Assembly: GCA_902526795.1 (NCBI GenBank)
Contig: CABZMF010000001.1
Location: 720 to 64,719, forward strand
Direction: 5' to 3'
DNA from: an uncultured Fidelibacterota bacterium
GTDB lineage: Bacteria > Fidelibacterota > Marinisomatia > Marinisomatales > Marinisomataceae
Length of the DNA stretch: 64,000 bases
Shown here: positions 40,325 through 50,389 of the stretch, one piece after another
How positions within the stretch are numbered: position 1 is the first letter of the stretch
How the letters are laid out: every line of letters starts with the position of its first letter
Position numbers and translations under genes: made by a program
The notes under the pieces: model-generated
Database searches by the model: none
Seen by the model: only the letters and a program-made list of their open reading frames with translations
What the model was told of the DNA's origin: nothing

Positions 40325-42213
40325 GCCAAGATAAAAAATTTGATCTCGTTGTCGTTGGAGGAGGGCATGCTGGTATTGAAGCTGCTTTAATAGCTCACAA
40401 GAGGGGTGTTAAAACTCTTTTGATTTCTATGGATAAAAACTCTGTTGGAAGGACTTCTTGCAACCCCGCAGTCGGTGGTTTGGCAAAAGGACAAATGGTA
40501 AAAGAGGTTGACGTTTTGGGAGGAATGATGGGGGCGTTTGCAGACCTATCAACACTTCAAAGCAAAACACTAAATAAATCAAAGGGTAGGTCTGTTTGGT
40601 CTCCAAGATCTCAAATAGACAAGAACCTCTACGAAAAAATTGCGCAAAGCTATATTAAGAAGGTAGGTCTTGAAGTGTTAGAAGCAGAAGTTGTTTCTTT
40701 ATACATAAAAAATAACTCTATTCTAGGTGTTTTTCTAAGGGATAAAACAAAGATTAGTTGTTCCTCTGTTGTTTTAACGTGTGGAACATTCTTGAATGGC
40801 TTAATTCATATTGGGAAAGAGCAGATCAAGGCAGGTAGGTATGGTGAAAAAAGGTCTGAGGGTATTACCGAAAACTTAAATAGTTTAGGTTTGGTGTCAG
40901 GGAGATTAAAAACTGGCACTCCCCCAAGAATAAAAAGGTCTACTGTTAACTGGAAAAAGGGTGAGGCTGGTTATGGCGACAAAAAGCCCTCTCCCCTTTC
41001 GTACAGGACAGAAAGGTTTTCTCCCAAAAATGAGCCGTGTTATTCATTTAGAACAAATAAAAAAACTCATGAGCTTATTTTACAAAATCTTTCTTCTTCT
41101 GCTATGTACTCTGGAAAAAATATGGCGACAGGTCCAAGGTATTGTCCATCTATTGAAGATAAGGTTTATAAATTTGATCAAAACCCCTCTCATGTCTTAC
41201 AATTAGAGCCTGAGTGGACTATGTCTGAACAAATATATGTCAATGGCTTTTCAACCAGCCTTGAAGAAAAAATTCAATTAAAATCTTTAAGAACTGTTAA
41301 GGGTTTGGAGAAGGTTGAGTTTATAAGACCGGGGTATGCTATTGAATATGACTTTTTTTATCCTTCACAATTAAAAAATACACTTGAAAGTAAGGCTATA
41401 TCTGGCCTTTTTATGGCTGGGCAAATTAATGGCACCTCCGGGTATGAAGAGGCATCATCACAAGGTGTTATTGCGGGAATAAACTCTTCGTGTTTTATTT
41501 TGAATGAAGAACCTTTGGTATTAAAAAGAAACGACGCTTATATAGGGGTATTAATTGATGATTTAATTTTAAAAGACACGGATGAGCCGTACAGGATGTT
41601 TACATCTAGGGCTGAGTATAGGCTTCAACTGAGATCTTCAAATGCAGACCAAAGGTTATTAGAAAAATCGAAGAAATACAGATTACTCGATAATAAGACA
41701 CTTAAAGGCCTGAGTAAAAAAATTGAAAACACGAAAAAAATTGTTAAGCATCTTGAAAATAACAATGTTAAGCCGCAAATTATTAATACGAGACTTGAAG
41801 AGTTAAATGAAAGGCCTATTAATGAACCTACAAGAATATCAAATATTTTAAAAAGGCCTAAAGTTTCAATATCGGACTTTAAAATTGATGTTGTGCAATT
41901 AGAAAACTCCCTTACCACCCACATGAAAGAAGAAATTTTTTTTGAAGCTGAAACAATTATTAAATACAGTGGTTATATTAATAGACAAAAAGAAGAAATA
42001 GACAAAATAAAGGTATATGAAGAAATGATTATACCAGAACAATTTGATTATAATAACATTAAAAGCCTTTCTAATGAAAGTAGGGAGAAATTTATTAACA
42101 TTAAGCCGCAAACTATAGGTCAAGCTCAAAGAATTAATGGTATTAGACCATCGGATATTTCTATTTTATTAGTATATTTAAAACGTCCGTTTCACGTGAA
42201 ACAAAAAAAATGA
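40318..42213 (+). CDS. mnmG: tRNA uridine 5-carboxymethylaminomethyl modification enzyme MnmG/GidA
   Basis: GGGHAGIEAA, SCNPAVGG, RLKTGTPPR, GPRYCPSIEDK, AGQINGTSGYEEA, YRMFTSRAEYRL. Confidence 0.98.
   Translation: MKRQDKKFDLVVVGGGHAGIEAALIAHKRGVKTLLISMDKNSVGRTSCNPAVGGLAKGQMVKEVDVLGGMMGAFADLSTLQSKTLNKSKGRSVWSPRSQIDKNLYEKIAQSYIKKVGLEVLEAEVVSLYIKNNSILGVFLRDKTKISCSSVVLTCGTFLNGLIHIGKEQIKAGRYGEKRSEGITENLNSLGLVSGRLKTGTPPRIKRSTVNWKKGEAGYGDKKPSPLSYRTERFSPKNEPCYSFRTNKKTHELILQNLSSSAMYSGKNMATGPRYCPSIEDKVYKFDQNPSHVLQLEPEWTMSEQIYVNGFSTSLEEKIQLKSLRTVKGLEKVEFIRPGYAIEYDFFYPSQLKNTLESKAISGLFMAGQINGTSGYEEASSQGVIAGINSSCFILNEEPLVLKRNDAYIGVLIDDLILKDTDEPYRMFTSRAEYRLQLRSSNADQRLLEKSKKYRLLDNKTLKGLSKKIENTKKIVKHLENNNVKPQIINTRLEELNERPINEPTRISNILKRPKVSISDFKIDVVQLENSLTTHMKEEIFFEAETIIKYSGYINRQKEEIDKIKVYEEMIIPEQFDYNNIKSLSNESREKFINIKPQTIGQAQRINGIRPSDISILLVYLKRPFHVKQKK
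42189..42202. promoter_or_regulatory. parS centromere-like site 2
   Basis: Identical palindrome GTTTCACGTGAAAC(A) in the last codons of mnmG (translates as FHVKQ). Confidence 0.82.
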
Positions 42214-43505
42214 ATTACTTTATTTACATATTTTTATTGGTGTCCTCGCTGAGTGCACAACAGGAAATACTTTTGGATAGGGTTGCATCTGTGGTGGAAG
42301 ATAAAATTGTTTTGTTGAGTGATGTGGTTTTAGCTGCCAATGCTGTTGCCGCACAACAGCAAATTAATCCTAATACAAATCCTTCAGAATATCAAAAACT
42401 TCTCGAATCTTCTAGGGAAAGTATGGTTGAGCAATTATTAATAATTGAAATGGCGGAACAAGATTCAGTTGAGGTTTTGGATAAAGATATAGACAAAGCT
42501 TTAAATCAACAAATCGAAAATATAATAGCTCAAGCTGGCAGTAAAGAACAGGCTGAAGTAGCTCTTGGTAAAAAGATATCCGACTTTAAAAGATCATATA
42601 GGGATGATATGAGAGGAAAGCTTTTAGCAGAGAAATATACCTCATCCTTAACTGCATCTATAAGTGTTTCTCGCGGAGATGTATTAGATTTTTTCAACAC
42701 CTATAAAGACAGTATTCCTTCTTTTCCAACGCTGTATAAAACACACCACATTTTACTTGAAATCAGACCATCAGAAGAATCAAGCAATAAATCCTTTTTA
42801 AAGGCTCTATCAATAAGGGACGAAATATTGGGCGGTTTAAGTTTCGGTGAGGCGGCTAAAAAATATTCAGCAGATCCAGGATCTAAAGATCAGGGGGGAA
42901 ATTTAGGGTATGTCCCCAGAGGAACATTTGTTAAAGAGTTTGATAAAGTTGTTTTCACTATCGAAAAAAACGTATTAACAGAGCCAATAAAAACACAATA
43001 TGGGTATCATCTAATTGAAGTCCTTGAAAGAACGGGTGAAAAAGTTTTGTCTCGTCATATTTTAATTAGAACAGAAACTACAGATCTTGATAAACGGAAA
43101 ACGTACGACACTATTAATGATATTAAAAACAATATAAATAGTTTTGAAGATTTTAGTGAAGCTGCACTCAATTTTTCAGATGATAAAACAAGTAATACTA
43201 ACAAAGGTTTTTTAGGAATGATAGATTTAGATTATTATCAAGTTCCTGAATTAAAACAGGAAATTAAAGGTATTGAAATTAAGACAGTGAGCAATCCAAT
43301 TTCTACAGACTTTGGATACCATTTGATATGGGTAGATGAGATAAAGGAGGGTGGCCCACCAAATCTAAACTCTAATTGGTTAGACCTTGAAAAAATGGCT
43401 TTAAATAAGAAAAAATCAGATTGGTATAATAATTGGATTTCAGAAATTAAATCAAATTTTTATATAAAAAGAAATCCACTTACTTATCCACAAATAAGCG
43501 AATAA
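42210..43505 (+). CDS. surA: SurA-like peptidyl-prolyl isomerase/chaperone
   Basis: Signal peptide, DRVASVVE..IVL.SDV N-domain, two parvulin domains (HILL...F...AKKYS.DPGS...GG.LG; T.YGYHLI; TDFGYHLI). Confidence 0.85.
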   Translation: MNYFIYIFLLVSSLSAQQEILLDRVASVVEDKIVLLSDVVLAANAVAAQQQINPNTNPSEYQKLLESSRESMVEQLLIIEMAEQDSVEVLDKDIDKALNQQIENIIAQAGSKEQAEVALGKKISDFKRSYRDDMRGKLLAEKYTSSLTASISVSRGDVLDFFNTYKDSIPSFPTLYKTHHILLEIRPSEESSNKSFLKALSIRDEILGGLSFGEAAKKYSADPGSKDQGGNLGYVPRGTFVKEFDKVVFTIEKNVLTEPIKTQYGYHLIEVLERTGEKVLSRHILIRTETTDLDKRKTYDTINDIKNNINSFEDFSEAALNFSDDKTSNTNKGFLGMIDLDYYQVPELKQEIKGIEIKTVSNPISTDFGYHLIWVDEIKEGGPPNLNSNWLDLEKMALNKKKSDWYNNWISEIKSNFYIKRNPLTYPQISE

Positions 43506-43735
43506 ATAAAAATTATTTCTTTCAATTATTTATTAACAGTTTTTATACAACTTATCCACAAAGCAAAAAAACTTACAAAACAATTTCCCGAGGAGAAAAA
43601 CCATTAAATCTAGTTTTTCCACAACTACACCTCTATAATATTATAATTAGTTTTTATATATAAACATCTAATAAATATATATGGGAATTTAACCTTGTAC
43701 TCAAAGCATTATTATTATAATATTGAAGGATACTT
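43484..43735. other. Probable replication origin (oriC)
   Basis: Co-oriented DnaA boxes TTATCCACA (43484, 43552) and TTTTCCACA (43615), a one-mismatch TTATTAACA (43530), then a very AT-rich tract at about 43635-43685, directly upstream of dnaN. Confidence 0.72.
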
Positions 43736-44842
43736 ATGAATATTTCAACCACTAAAAAAGAATTACAACAAGCCTTTTCAAAACTTTCTAAAACTACCCA
43801 AATAAAATCTCAAAATCCTTTAGTTAATTATACTTATATATCATCTTCTCCAGCTGGAGTAGTCTTGCATTCTACAGACATGGAGGTAGGTGTTAAGACA
43901 AATATAAATGCTTCTGTCAATAGTGCCGGAGAGTGTCTTTTTCCCACCTCTGAAATGAACGATATTATAAGCGTTTTGGGAGAAGGAAGGGTTGATATAG
44001 AAGTTTCTGGGCCACACATTAATATTAAATCAGAGAAGGGTTTGTCTTTTGATATATCTACGGTCCCTTTTCAAGACTACCCAGACATTCCAGAAAATAA
44101 TCATGATAATTTATTTTGTATTGATACAACAGATCTAAAGGATATTATTGCATCTTTATTATATGCTATTAATAGCGAACCTACTAAACCAGCATTAAAT
44201 GGGGCTTGTCTTAATTTTCTAGATAGTAACGTAGATTTTGTTGCCACCGACGGTCATAGGCTTGTAAAAATATCCAAACAAAATACCACCAACATCAAAG
44301 GATCTTTTATCATTCCGAAAAAGTTTCTATCAATTTTAAGCGCTTTTTTAGAAGGACAATCTGAAACAAACCTTATTTTGAGTGGAAATTATATTTTTAC
44401 AAACAATAATAACGATGTTTTCTATTCTAAGATTATTGATGAGAAATATCCTAGTTATAATGCAGTAATACCAGAAGAAAACCCACTCACCCTCACCGCA
44501 GATAAGTCTGAAATGCTAAACAATATAAAAGCAGCCTCAATTGCTGCAAATAAAAATACTAATCAAATTTCACTACACTTATCAGAGGGTAGAGTATTTT
44601 TTAAGAGTGTTAACCAGCCAGAAAGTAAAACTGTTCATGCTCCGCTGAAGTCAGCAAAATATGCAGGTGAAGATTTTTCTATAGGATTTAATGCAACATA
44701 TTTAAAAGAGGCTGTTTCAAAATACCCAAATGATGAAATCGTTTTTACTTTTAAAGACTCGTTGTCAGCTACCTTATTTTTACCTAAGGTAAGCAATCAA
44801 AAAACAACAATATTGTTGATGCCTGTGAGGATAAATGAGTAA
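43736..44842 (+). CDS. dnaN: DNA polymerase III beta sliding clamp
   Basis: STDME, LNG..L, VATDGHRL, IIPKK, YP.YNAVIP, IGFNA.YL, LLMPVR. Confidence 0.93.
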   Translation: MNISTTKKELQQAFSKLSKTTQIKSQNPLVNYTYISSSPAGVVLHSTDMEVGVKTNINASVNSAGECLFPTSEMNDIISVLGEGRVDIEVSGPHINIKSEKGLSFDISTVPFQDYPDIPENNHDNLFCIDTTDLKDIIASLLYAINSEPTKPALNGACLNFLDSNVDFVATDGHRLVKISKQNTTNIKGSFIIPKKFLSILSAFLEGQSETNLILSGNYIFTNNNNDVFYSKIIDEKYPSYNAVIPEENPLTLTADKSEMLNNIKAASIAANKNTNQISLHLSEGRVFFKSVNQPESKTVHAPLKSAKYAGEDFSIGFNATYLKEAVSKYPNDEIVFTFKDSLSATLFLPKVSNQKTTILLMPVRINE

Positions 44843-46775
44843 AAATAACTACGGCGCAGATAAAATTTCTGTATTAAAAGGCCTAGAGGCAGTTAGAAAA
44901 AGACCTGCTATGTATATAGGGGACGTTGGAAAAAGAGGATATCATCACCTAGTTAGCGAGGTTGTTGATAATAGTATTGATGAAGCTTTAGCAGGTTATT
45001 GTACATTTATAATAGTCACCATAAAAAATGATGGATTTATTATGATTGAAGATAATGGAAGAGGAATTCCTGTCGAAATTCATAAAACTGAAGGCAAACC
45101 AGCCCTTGAGGTGGTAATGACAGTTCTGCACGCAGGGGGGAAGTTTGATAAAAATACATATAAAGTGTCTGGAGGCTTACATGGGGTTGGTGTTTCTGTT
45201 GTAAATGCTCTATCAGAAAGCTTAATAGCTGAAGTTCATAGAGACGGATTCTATTATAAACAAGAATATAAGATAGGAGAACCCACAACAAAGGTTGAAA
45301 AAATTGGAAAAAGTGATAAAACAGGAACAATTATATCATTTAAACCTGATCAAACAGTTTTTTCTCACGAAGGCTTTGAAGAGGAAATAATTAAAGGAAG
45401 GCTAAAAGAGTTAGCCTATTTAAACAAAAACCTTTCTATAAAATTAATAAACGAACCTCAAGAAACAGAAATTGAATATTGTTTTCCTGGAGGGTTGTCA
45501 GATTTTGTAAAATATCTCGATGGAAGCGAAGACCTTATCCATGATGAAGTTATTTCGGTGACAAAAGAAGACATAGAGGTTCCGGTGGATTTGGCGCTAA
45601 GATATAGTACAAACTATAATAACAATATTTTTTCTTTTGTAAACAACATTAACACCATTGAAGGGGGAACCCACCTCTCAGGATTTAGATCCGCCCTTAC
45701 AAGAGCTTTAAATAGTTATGCTAATAAAAATGATTTAATTAAAACAAAAAAGAACGAAAAGTTCTCACTTTCAGGAGATGACTTTAGGGAAGGATTAACG
45801 GTAGTTTTATCAGTAAAAGTCCAAGAACCTCAATTTGAAGGACAAACAAAAACTAAGCTTGGTAATGGTGAGGTTAAGGGGATGGTAGATAATGTTGTAT
45901 ATGATGGAATACAGGCATTTCTTGAACAAAACCCAAAAATTGGAAAAAGAATAATTGAAAAAGCAGCAGAGGCAGCAAGGGCAAGAATTGCTGCCAAAAA
46001 AGCAAGAGAATTAGTCAGGAAAAAATCAGGGCTGGGGTCTACAACCCTTCCTGGTAAATTAGCAGACTGTTCAAATAAAGATCCTTTGCAGTGCGAACTT
46101 TTTCTCGTTGAGGGAGACTCTGCTGGAGGTACAGCAAAACAAGGGAGAGACAGAAGAACACAAGCAATTTTACCCCTAAGAGGAAAGGTTATTAATTCAG
46201 AAAAAGCAAGAGAAGACAAACTTTTAGCAAACAATGAAATACAATCCATTATAACAGCACTTGGTTGTGGTTTTGGAGAAGATGAAAATGACCCAAGTAG
46301 CTTTAATCCTGAAAAATTAAGATACCACAAAATAGTTATAATGACCGATGCAGATGTAGATGGTAGCCATATTAGAACGCTTTTATTAACATTTTTCTGG
46401 AGAAAAATGAAGAGCTTAGTACAAGGAGGATTTTTATATATGGCGATGCCACCATTATATAAAATGAAGCAAGGTAAAAAAGAAAGATATGCCTATACGG
46501 ACGAAGAAAGAGATCAGGTTTTACAAAGAATGGAATCTGAAAACAAAACAAAAATTGATATACAAAGATACAAAGGCTTAGGAGAAATGAATGCAGAACA
46601 ACTTTGGGAAACAACAATGAACGCTGAAACAAGAACTCTCATGCAGGTTACAGTAGACCATATCATGGAGGAAGAAACAAACGTAAGGTTTAGAGAATTA
46701 ATGGGTACAGAGGTGGAGCACAGAAGATCTTTTATTACAGAAAGAGCAAAATTTGCAACAAATATAGACATATAG
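44835..46775 (+). CDS. gyrB: DNA gyrase subunit B
   Basis: [61 protein letters not shown]. Confidence 0.98.
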   Translation: MSKNNYGADKISVLKGLEAVRKRPAMYIGDVGKRGYHHLVSEVVDNSIDEALAGYCTFIIVTIKNDGFIMIEDNGRGIPVEIHKTEGKPALEVVMTVLHAGGKFDKNTYKVSGGLHGVGVSVVNALSESLIAEVHRDGFYYKQEYKIGEPTTKVEKIGKSDKTGTIISFKPDQTVFSHEGFEEEIIKGRLKELAYLNKNLSIKLINEPQETEIEYCFPGGLSDFVKYLDGSEDLIHDEVISVTKEDIEVPVDLALRYSTNYNNNIFSFVNNINTIEGGTHLSGFRSALTRALNSYANKNDLIKTKKNEKFSLSGDDFREGLTVVLSVKVQEPQFEGQTKTKLGNGEVKGMVDNVVYDGIQAFLEQNPKIGKRIIEKAAEAARARIAAKKARELVRKKSGLGSTTLPGKLADCSNKDPLQCELFLVEGDSAGGTAKQGRDRRTQAILPLRGKVINSEKAREDKLLANNEIQSIITALGCGFGEDENDPSSFNPEKLRYHKIVIMTDADVDGSHIRTLLLTFFWRKMKSLVQGGFLYMAMPPLYKMKQGKKERYAYTDEERDQVLQRMESENKTKIDIQRYKGLGEMNAEQLWETTMNAETRTLMQVTVDHIMEEETNVRFRELMGTEVEHRRSFITERAKFATNIDI

Positions 46776-46776
46776 A

Positions 46777-49257
46777 ATGGACCTAGGAAGAGACAACATA
46801 TTAGATAAACAGTTAGTTAAAGAGCTTGAAGAAAGTTATTTAAACTATTCGATGTCAGTAATTATGTCGAGAGCTCTTCCTGACGCAAGGGACGGACTAA
46901 AACCTGTACACAGAAGAATTCTTTTTAGCATGAGCGAGATGTCTGCAACGTGGAACAGACCATACAAAAAATCTGCAAGAGTTGTTGGTGAAGTTTTGGG
47001 TAAATATCATCCACATGGAGACAGCTCTATTTACGATGCAATGGTTAGAATGGCTCAAGAGTTTTCAATGAGACATGAGCTTGTTCAAGGCCAAGGAAAT
47101 TTTGGTTCTGTAGATGGAGACAGAGCTGCTGCCATGAGATACACAGAGTCTAGAATGTCAAAAATTGGTAGCGAGCTTTTAAGAGACATAGAAAAAGAAA
47201 CAATACCCTGGACCAACAACTTTGATGAAACCTTAAAAGAACCAGCCGTTCTTCCAGCGGTGTACCCAAACCTCTTAGTAAACGGCTCAGAAGGTATAGC
47301 GGTTGGGATGGCCACAAAAATACCACCACACAACCTTTCAGAGTTGGTAGACGGGCTCATAGAATTTATGGACAACCCAGACTGCGAAACAAAAGACCTT
47401 ATGAAACATATAAAAGGGCCAGATTTTCCCACCTCTGGAAAAGCGCTCGGTTTACAAGGCATTATTGATGCATACGAAACTGGCAGAGGAAAAGTTATAA
47501 TGCAGGGAAGAGCACATGTTGAGCCGGCCTCAAAAGGAAGAGACTCGTTGGTAGTTACAGAACTACCCTATCAAGTTAACAAAGCAAACTTAATTGAGAA
47601 GATGGCATATTTAGCCAGAGATAAAAAAATTGAAGGCATAGCAGAATTAAGAGATGAGTCCGACAAAGATGGCATGAGAATTGTTATTGAAATAAAAAGA
47701 GATGCAGTCCCGGAGGTGGTCTTAAACCAACTTTATAAACAAACACAACTTCAAGATACTTTTGGAATTATTTTACTGGCCTTAGTAGACGGAACACCAA
47801 AAGTAATGAACCTGAAAGAAATATTAGAGGTCTTCATATCGTTTAGGCTTGATGTGGTAGTAAAAAGAACAAAATTTGATCTTGCCAAAGCAGAGGCTAG
47901 GGCGCACATATTAGAAGGCCTAAAAATCGCCCTCAAAAACATAGATAAAATTGTTGAGACAATTAAAAAAAGCAAAGATCCATCTTCAGCCAAAGAGGCG
48001 TTAATAGAGGGTTTCGGCCTATCTGAAAAACAATCGCAAGCCATTCTTGACATGAGACTACAAAGACTTACAGGTCTTGAAACAGATAAAATTATTAGTG
48101 AGTACAAAGATATCATACAGCACATATCTGAGCTTAAGGGAATCTTAGAAAGCAAGTCGAAAAGAATGGAAATTATAAAAGAGGAACTTCTTGAGGTTAA
48201 GGGAAAATATGGAGAAGAGAGAAGAACAGAAATAATAGAAGATTTTGAATCTCTCAGCATAGAAGATATGATCGCTGAAGAAGAAATGGTTTTAACTATA
48301 ACCCATAATGGCTATATAAAAAGAACAAACCTAAACACCTACAGAAGCCAAAGAAGAGGCGGAAGAGGAGTACAGGGAGCAAGCTCAAGAGATGAAGACT
48401 TTGTTGAACACCTATTTGTAGCGAACACACACAGCTATATATTATTTTTTACGGACAAGGGGAAGTGTTATTGGGTTAAAGTATACGACATCCCAGAGGG
48501 TGGAAGAGCTGCGAAAGGGAGAGCTATAGTAAATCTTATTGGCTGTGAACCTGACGAAAAAGTAAGCGCCTTTATAAGCGTAAAAGAATTTAACGAAGAC
48601 CACTTTGTAGTTATGGCAACAGAAAAGGGAATAGTTAAAAAGACAAAACTATCAGCATACTCTAATCCGAGAAAGAAGGGTATATATGCCGTTGAAATAA
48701 GGGATGGCGACAAGCTTATAGAGGCCAGAGTGTCTACAGGAGATAATGATATATTGCTAGGAACAAGGAACGGTAAATCTATAAGATTTTCAGAAGAACA
48801 AATTAGGCCTAGCGGAAGAAAAACAATGGGCGTAAAAGGAATAACCTTAAGCTCAGAGGATGATAGGCTTGTTGGAATGTTGTTAATTAAAAGAGAGGGA
48901 ACAACCGTCTTGGTTGCTACAGAAAAAGGTTTTGGAAAAAGAACAGAAATATCACAATACAGAGCACAAAAACGAGGTGGAAAAGGTGTCTTAACCATGA
49001 AAACCACAGATAAGGTGGGAAAAATGGTTACAATCAAAGAAGTTGTGGACAAAGACGACCTAATGATTATTACAAACCAAGGCGTATTAATTAGGCAACC
49101 TGTTTCTCAAATAAGGGCTATAGGAAGAGCAACCCAAGGTGTTAAGTTAATAAAGCTAGGAGAAGGAACACTTGTTTCTTCCATTACAAGAATTATGACC
49201 GAAGAAGATAGTGGAGATGACAACAATAGCACAGAACCTAAAGGCAATACAGAATAG
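46777..49257 (+). CDS. gyrA: DNA gyrase subunit A
   Basis: [29 protein letters not shown], GyrA-box QRRGGRG. Confidence 0.98.
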   Translation: MDLGRDNILDKQLVKELEESYLNYSMSVIMSRALPDARDGLKPVHRRILFSMSEMSATWNRPYKKSARVVGEVLGKYHPHGDSSIYDAMVRMAQEFSMRHELVQGQGNFGSVDGDRAAAMRYTESRMSKIGSELLRDIEKETIPWTNNFDETLKEPAVLPAVYPNLLVNGSEGIAVGMATKIPPHNLSELVDGLIEFMDNPDCETKDLMKHIKGPDFPTSGKALGLQGIIDAYETGRGKVIMQGRAHVEPASKGRDSLVVTELPYQVNKANLIEKMAYLARDKKIEGIAELRDESDKDGMRIVIEIKRDAVPEVVLNQLYKQTQLQDTFGIILLALVDGTPKVMNLKEILEVFISFRLDVVVKRTKFDLAKAEARAHILEGLKIALKNIDKIVETIKKSKDPSSAKEALIEGFGLSEKQSQAILDMRLQRLTGLETDKIISEYKDIIQHISELKGILESKSKRMEIIKEELLEVKGKYGEERRTEIIEDFESLSIEDMIAEEEMVLTITHNGYIKRTNLNTYRSQRRGGRGVQGASSRDEDFVEHLFVANTHSYILFFTDKGKCYWVKVYDIPEGGRAAKGRAIVNLIGCEPDEKVSAFISVKEFNEDHFVVMATEKGIVKKTKLSAYSNPRKKGIYAVEIRDGDKLIEARVSTGDNDILLGTRNGKSIRFSEEQIRPSGRKTMGVKGITLSSEDDRLVGMLLIKREGTTVLVATEKGFGKRTEISQYRAQKRGGKGVLTMKTTDKVGKMVTIKEVVDKDDLMIITNQGVLIRQPVSQIRAIGRATQGVKLIKLGEGTLVSSITRIMTEEDSGDDNNSTEPKGNTE

Positions 49258-49879
49258 CCTTCCAAAACAACAAAATGTAAGCATAGTTGTTGTAACCAAA
49301 ACAAGATCCCCAAAAGAAGTAGAAGAAGCAATAAGTGCGGGCGCCCGCTTTTTAGGTGAGAACAGGGTTCAAGAGGCGGAAGAAAAGTTCTCTCAAATTA
49401 GTAACTTAAACCTCGTAGAAAAAAGGCTGATAGGAAGACTTCAAACAAACAAGATTAACAAAGCAATAAAACTTTTTGACGTTATAGACTCTGTTGGCAC
49501 GCCCAGGCTGGCAAGAAAAATATCAGAAGCCGCCCAAAGAAAAAATATAAAACAAAGAGTACTCCTCCAGGTAAATAGCGGCGGGGAAACAACAAAAGCG
49601 GGCTTTGATCCTAAAGACAAAAAAACAATAATAGACTGCTTCAAAAACGAAGGTTTGATTATAGAGGGTCTAATGACAATGGGCCCCAACACACAACAAC
49701 AAAAAAAAATCGATCAGGCTTTTATAATCACAAAAAACTTGTTTGATGAAATAAACAAAGACCTGAAAACAAAAATGACAACTCTTTCAATGGGAATGAG
49801 CGGAGACTTTAAGATAGCGATAAAAAGAGGGTCAACAGCGGTGAGAATAGGGACAGCTATATTTGGACCAAGGGGCTAA
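49217..49879 (+). CDS. yggS: PLP homeostasis protein, YggS/PROSC family
   Basis: Start reassigned to ATG 49217 (GGAG SD inside gyrA). [40 protein letters not shown]. Confidence 0.93.
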   Translation: MTTIAQNLKAIQNSLPKQQNVSIVVVTKTRSPKEVEEAISAGARFLGENRVQEAEEKFSQISNLNLVEKRLIGRLQTNKINKAIKLFDVIDSVGTPRLARKISEAAQRKNIKQRVLLQVNSGGETTKAGFDPKDKKTIIDCFKNEGLIIEGLMTMGPNTQQQKKIDQAFIITKNLFDEINKDLKTKMTTLSMGMSGDFKIAIKRGSTAVRIGTAIFGPRG

Positions 49880-50368
49880 GTGTTAGATTTAAAAAACTGG
49901 TTAAATCCAAAGCATTATGACAGGCTTTGGAATGTAGGACCACCCGGCCTTATATTTTCTGTTTTTTTAATATATACAGTCCATGAGGTCGAGTTATTTC
50001 TTAATATGAAAACCTATGAGTTGAGCTCGCCCTGGTTTTATACTTTATTTGTTTTGATCTTGGGAGAAGCAATCTTTATTTTGTTTTGGGTGTTGTTCAG
50101 CCTCCCACCAAGAAACAGAGGAAAGATTCTTGCCAGAGAGGGGGTGTACGCAGTTATACGCCACCCAATATACACAACCATAATTTTTCACCTTAATATT
50201 TTGTTTTCTTTGTGGTGGGGGTCTTTTTTAATCATTTTTTTGATTCCGATACAATATATGTTTTGGTCAAAAATAATTATAAAAGAAGAGCAATACCTTG
50301 TTGGCATATTTGGACAAGAATATATAGATTACATGTCCAACGTTTCCCGGTTTATTCCATGGAAATAG
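49880..50368 (+). CDS. Isoprenylcysteine carboxyl methyltransferase / PEMT family membrane protein
   Basis: G.Y..IRHPIY, EE..L...FG.EY..Y...V.RFIPW. Confidence 0.85.
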   Translation: MLDLKNWLNPKHYDRLWNVGPPGLIFSVFLIYTVHEVELFLNMKTYELSSPWFYTLFVLILGEAIFILFWVLFSLPPRNRGKILAREGVYAVIRHPIYTTIIFHLNILFSLWWGSFLIIFLIPIQYMFWSKIIIKEEQYLVGIFGQEYIDYMSNVSRFIPWK

Positions 50369-50389
50369 TTAAACCTTAAAGGAGAAAAA

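Noticed and set aside
45830-49052. Long antisense ORFs opposite gyrB and gyrA (166, 125, 169 and 194 aa)
   Set aside because: They are rich in Ser/Leu/Phe/Ile, the expected mirror of A-rich sense codons, and have no motifs or SD. They are shadow ORFs of conserved genes.
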